NCBI GenBank assembly: GCA_030697645.1
Contig: JAUYPI010000009.1
Location: 1-62,155 of the forward strand
Source of the DNA: a bacterium
GTDB lineage: Bacteria; Patescibacteriota; Minisyncoccia; Phycocordibacterales; VMGT01
Length of the DNA stretch: 62,155 nt
Direction of reading: 5' to 3'
A program made the translations under genes and the position numbers. Every line of letters begins with the position of its first letter. Positions within the stretch are counted from its first letter, which is position 1. Shown piece after piece: positions 60,102 through 62,155 of the stretch. Below the pieces are notes generated by a model, which saw only the letters and a program-made list of their open reading frames with translations, did no database searches and was not told the DNA's origin.

Positions 60102-60923
60102 ATGCCAGCACGCCTCGGTCAACACTTTCTTACATCTCGTCGCGCGCTCGCGCGCATTATTGACGCCGCGGAACTCACGAGCGCGGACACGGTGCTCGAG
60201 GTGGGGCCCGGCACCGGCTTTCTCACGGAAGCCCTCCTCGCTCATGCAGGCCGCGTCATCGCGGTCGAAAAAGACGCACGTCTCGTCGCTCGCCTCATCG
60301 AGCGCTTTGCCGCGGAGATTGCCTCCGGCCGTCTCACGCTCGTCCATGCTGATATCCGTTCGTTCGCCCTGTCGAAATACAAGATACAAGATACAAGATA
60401 CAAACTTGTCGCCAACATTCCCTACTACCTTACCGGCCACCTTCTCCGGCAGTTTCTCGGTGCAGAGACGCAACCCTCCCGCATGGTATTGATGCTCCAA
60501 AGAGAAGTCGCCGAGCGCATCGTCGCGCGAGACGGCAAAGAGAGCTTGCTTTCCATTAGCGTAAAGGCATACGGCACGCCGCGGATCGTCGCGCGCACTG
60601 GAGCGGGGGCGTTCTCTCCGCCGCCGAAGGTGGACTCGGCGGTACTTGTCGTTGAAAACATCTCGCGGCATTTTTTCGATGAGTACACAAAAAATGTTCA
60701 ACACTCGGCGTTGAACACAATAGATGCTTGCAGCGTAGAAGGCCGTTTTTTCGCTGTTGTCCGCGCTGGTTTCGCGCACAAGCGAAAGCTCCTCGCGGGG
60801 AATCTAAAGCCGCTTATTCCCAATGCGCGAGAGGCGCTTGATGCCCTTGGTATTAACCCCCGCGCCCGGGCGGAAAATCTTACGCTCGCCGACTGGCGCG
60901 CTCTCGCCACGCACGTTTGTTGA
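60102..60923 (+). CDS. rsmA: 16S rRNA (adenine1518/1519-N6)-dimethyltransferase
   Basis: LGQHFL, VLEVGPGTGFLTEAL, VANIPYY. Confidence 0.9.
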   Translation: MPARLGQHFLTSRRALARIIDAAELTSADTVLEVGPGTGFLTEALLAHAGRVIAVEKDARLVARLIERFAAEIASGRLTLVHADIRSFALSKYKIQDTRYKLVANIPYYLTGHLLRQFLGAETQPSRMVLMLQREVAERIVARDGKESLLSISVKAYGTPRIVARTGAGAFSPPPKVDSAVLVVENISRHFFDEYTKNVQHSALNTIDACSVEGRFFAVVRAGFAHKRKLLAGNLKPLIPNAREALDALGINPRARAENLTLADWRALATHVC

Positions 60924-60978
60924 ACACCTCGCTTGCGTCACCGAGAACTCAAAATCGCGCGACTCTTCAAACGGCTGC

Positions 60979-62155
60979 TTACTCCGTTACCGTCACGGTC
61001 ACGTCCTTCGACGTCGTGCCGCCCGTGCCCGTGCACGAAAGGGTGTAGACATTCGTTATGGTGGGATTAACCACCTCGCCTCCGGAGAGAGCCCGGGTGC
61101 CGGTCCAGCCGCCGGAGGCAGTGCAGGAGGTTGCGTTTGTTGTGGACCAACTCAAGGACGAGAACTCGCCTGGGGCGATACTCGTTGGGGCCGCAGAGAG
61201 CGTTATGGTGGGCAGAGCTCCTTTATTCACCGTCTTGTACCAGAAGTCGTTTATGCCCCACTTGTTTGTCGCGTCTTTGTACCAGATCCGGAGCCACACT
61301 GTGGCTCCCGTGAGCGGAATCTTCGTCGCGGTGTAGGTGGTGACGTTGCCGAGTGTGCCGGAGTCCTCGATATCGTTCCCGCCCAGCTTGGTACCAAGCT
61401 GTACCCAGTACGCGACGGCGTTCGTCACCGCACTCCAAGTGAATGTCTGCGTTGCGCTGGCGAGATACCCGCCTGGAGGCGGAGAGACGGTGGTCACGGT
61501 TGTTCCGCCACCAGTCGTGGTGCCACCGGTCGTTGTCGTACCGCCGGTCGTGGTTGTGCCGCCCGTGGTAGTAGTTCCTCCCGTGGTTGTCGTCCCTCCT
61601 GCATTCGCCGTTGTGTACGAGAAGTCATTGGATCGCCATATACCCGTTTGGTCCTGATACCACACCCGGAGCCACACCCTACCTCCCGTGAGCGGAATCT
61701 TCGTTGTGGTGTAGGTGGTCACGTTCCCGAGTGGGCCAGAATTTACGATCTCGGCGCCGCCCTGCGTCGTTCCGAGGTAGACCCAATAGGCGACCGTATT
61801 CGCCACCGCATTCCACGTAAATGTTTGTGTTGAGGAGGTGAGCGGGACTGGGCCAGGCGGCGGGAAGACGAGGGTCACGCCGTCAGTGGTCCCACCGGTC
61901 GTGGTGGTACCACCCGTGGTAGTAGTTCCTCCGGTGGTTGTCGTCCCTCCGGTATTCGCCGTTGTGTACGAGAAGTCATTGGATCGCCACACTCCACCCT
62001 GATCTTGATACCATACCCTGACCCACACCATCTCTCCGGTGAGAGGAATCTTCGTTGTGGTGTAGGTTGTCACATTTCCTAAAGGCCCGGTGTTCTCGAC
62101 CTCTTTCCCGCCCTGTGTCGTGCCGAGATAGACCCAGTAGTCGACAACATTCGTC
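60979..62155 (-). CDS. secreted/surface tandem-repeat protein, 5' end outside the window
   Basis: At least 3.5 copies of an ~85-aa module (TQTFTW..V.N.VAYWV.LGT..GG..I..SG.LGNVTTYT.TKIPLTG..VWLR.WY...W..NDF.YTT). Modules are joined by (TTTTGG)n linkers. C-terminal Ig-like segment. The frame stays open to 62155. Confidence 0.75.
   Translation of the reverse strand, partial: TNVVDYWVYLGTTQGGKEVENTGPLGNVTTYTTTKIPLTGEMVWVRVWYQDQGGVWRSNDFSYTTANTGGTTTTGGTTTTGGTTTTGGTTDGVTLVFPPPGPVPLTSSTQTFTWNAVANTVAYWVYLGTTQGGAEIVNSGPLGNVTTYTTTKIPLTGGRVWLRVWYQDQTGIWRSNDFSYTTANAGGTTTTGGTTTTGGTTTTGGTTTTGGTTTGGGTTVTTVSPPPGGYLASATQTFTWSAVTNAVAYWVQLGTKLGGNDIEDSGTLGNVTTYTATKIPLTGATVWLRIWYKDATNKWGINDFWYKTVNKGALPTITLSAAPTSIAPGEFSSLSWSTTNATSCTASGGWTGTRALSGGEVVNPTITNVYTLSCTGTGGTTSKDVTVTVTE

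Noticed and set aside
61490-61610. Short periodic 15-18-nt repeats that could look like a CRISPR array
   Set aside because: They are the (TTTTGG)n Thr/Gly linkers of the repeat protein on the minus strand. There are no unique spacers, no leader and no cas genes.
60033-61833. 248-aa (minus) and 336-aa (plus) ORFs overlapping rsmA and the repeat protein
   Set aside because: The RsmA motifs and the internally consistent repeat module define the real frames. The alternatives are R/G/C-rich.
1-62155. Alternative genetic code (UGA recoding, as in some candidate phyla)
   Set aside because: Conserved genes terminate at TGA, TAA and TAG at the expected lengths. For example, the TraD/VirD4-like ATPase gene ends at TGA and rpmH at TAG. 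No in-frame stop interrupts any conserved gene.

Overview
GC-rich bacterial chromosomal segment around the replication origin (dnaN, AT-rich DnaA-box spacer, dnaA, rpmH, rnpA, yidC, jag). It carries about 60 mostly housekeeping genes: pnp, rpsO, a Xer recombinase, a PilB/GspE-like ATPase, cca, a class A PBP, tyrS, ruvC-yebC-ruvB, recJ, comEC, murC, tig, ppa, nusA, clpP, comM, rsmI, pcrA and rsmA. There are four tRNAs (Gly-TCC, Pro-TGG, Gly-GCC, Arg-TCG), none encoding CCA, and an RNase P RNA. There are two complete type II toxin-antitoxin pairs (AbrB/Doc and antitoxin/RelE) and one orphan Phd-like antitoxin. Reduced architectures (short YidC, trigger factor without a PPIase domain, short ComEC), many small orphan genes and weak or absent Shine-Dalgarno sites suggest a Patescibacteria/CPR-like organism; this is inference only. 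I found no CRISPR array, transposase, rRNA or clear prophage. I cannot name a complete new multi-gene system with confidence. The strongest unexplained signal is a set of AT-rich palindromic elements built from short repeated words. They occupy intergenic spacers in several sequence families. They form two paralogous hairpin expansions inside the RNase P RNA. They also sit in frame inside housekeeping genes (cca, recJ, murC, rsmA, pcrA, the nusA tail, the yidC tail), which resembles Rickettsia palindromic elements. Other candidates are: a single-gene HExxH cassette flanked by a 25-nt exact direct repeat that duplicates the 3' end of a soluble TraD/VirD4-like ATPase gene; an XRE-HTH protein carrying only sigma-70 region 4; an L,D-transpeptidase fused to a DD-carboxypeptidase; and DnaA boxes displayed within TAAAGGACA word hairpins away from oriC. 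All coordinates were counted by hand and may be off by a few nucleotides. No database search, folding or composition calculation was run.
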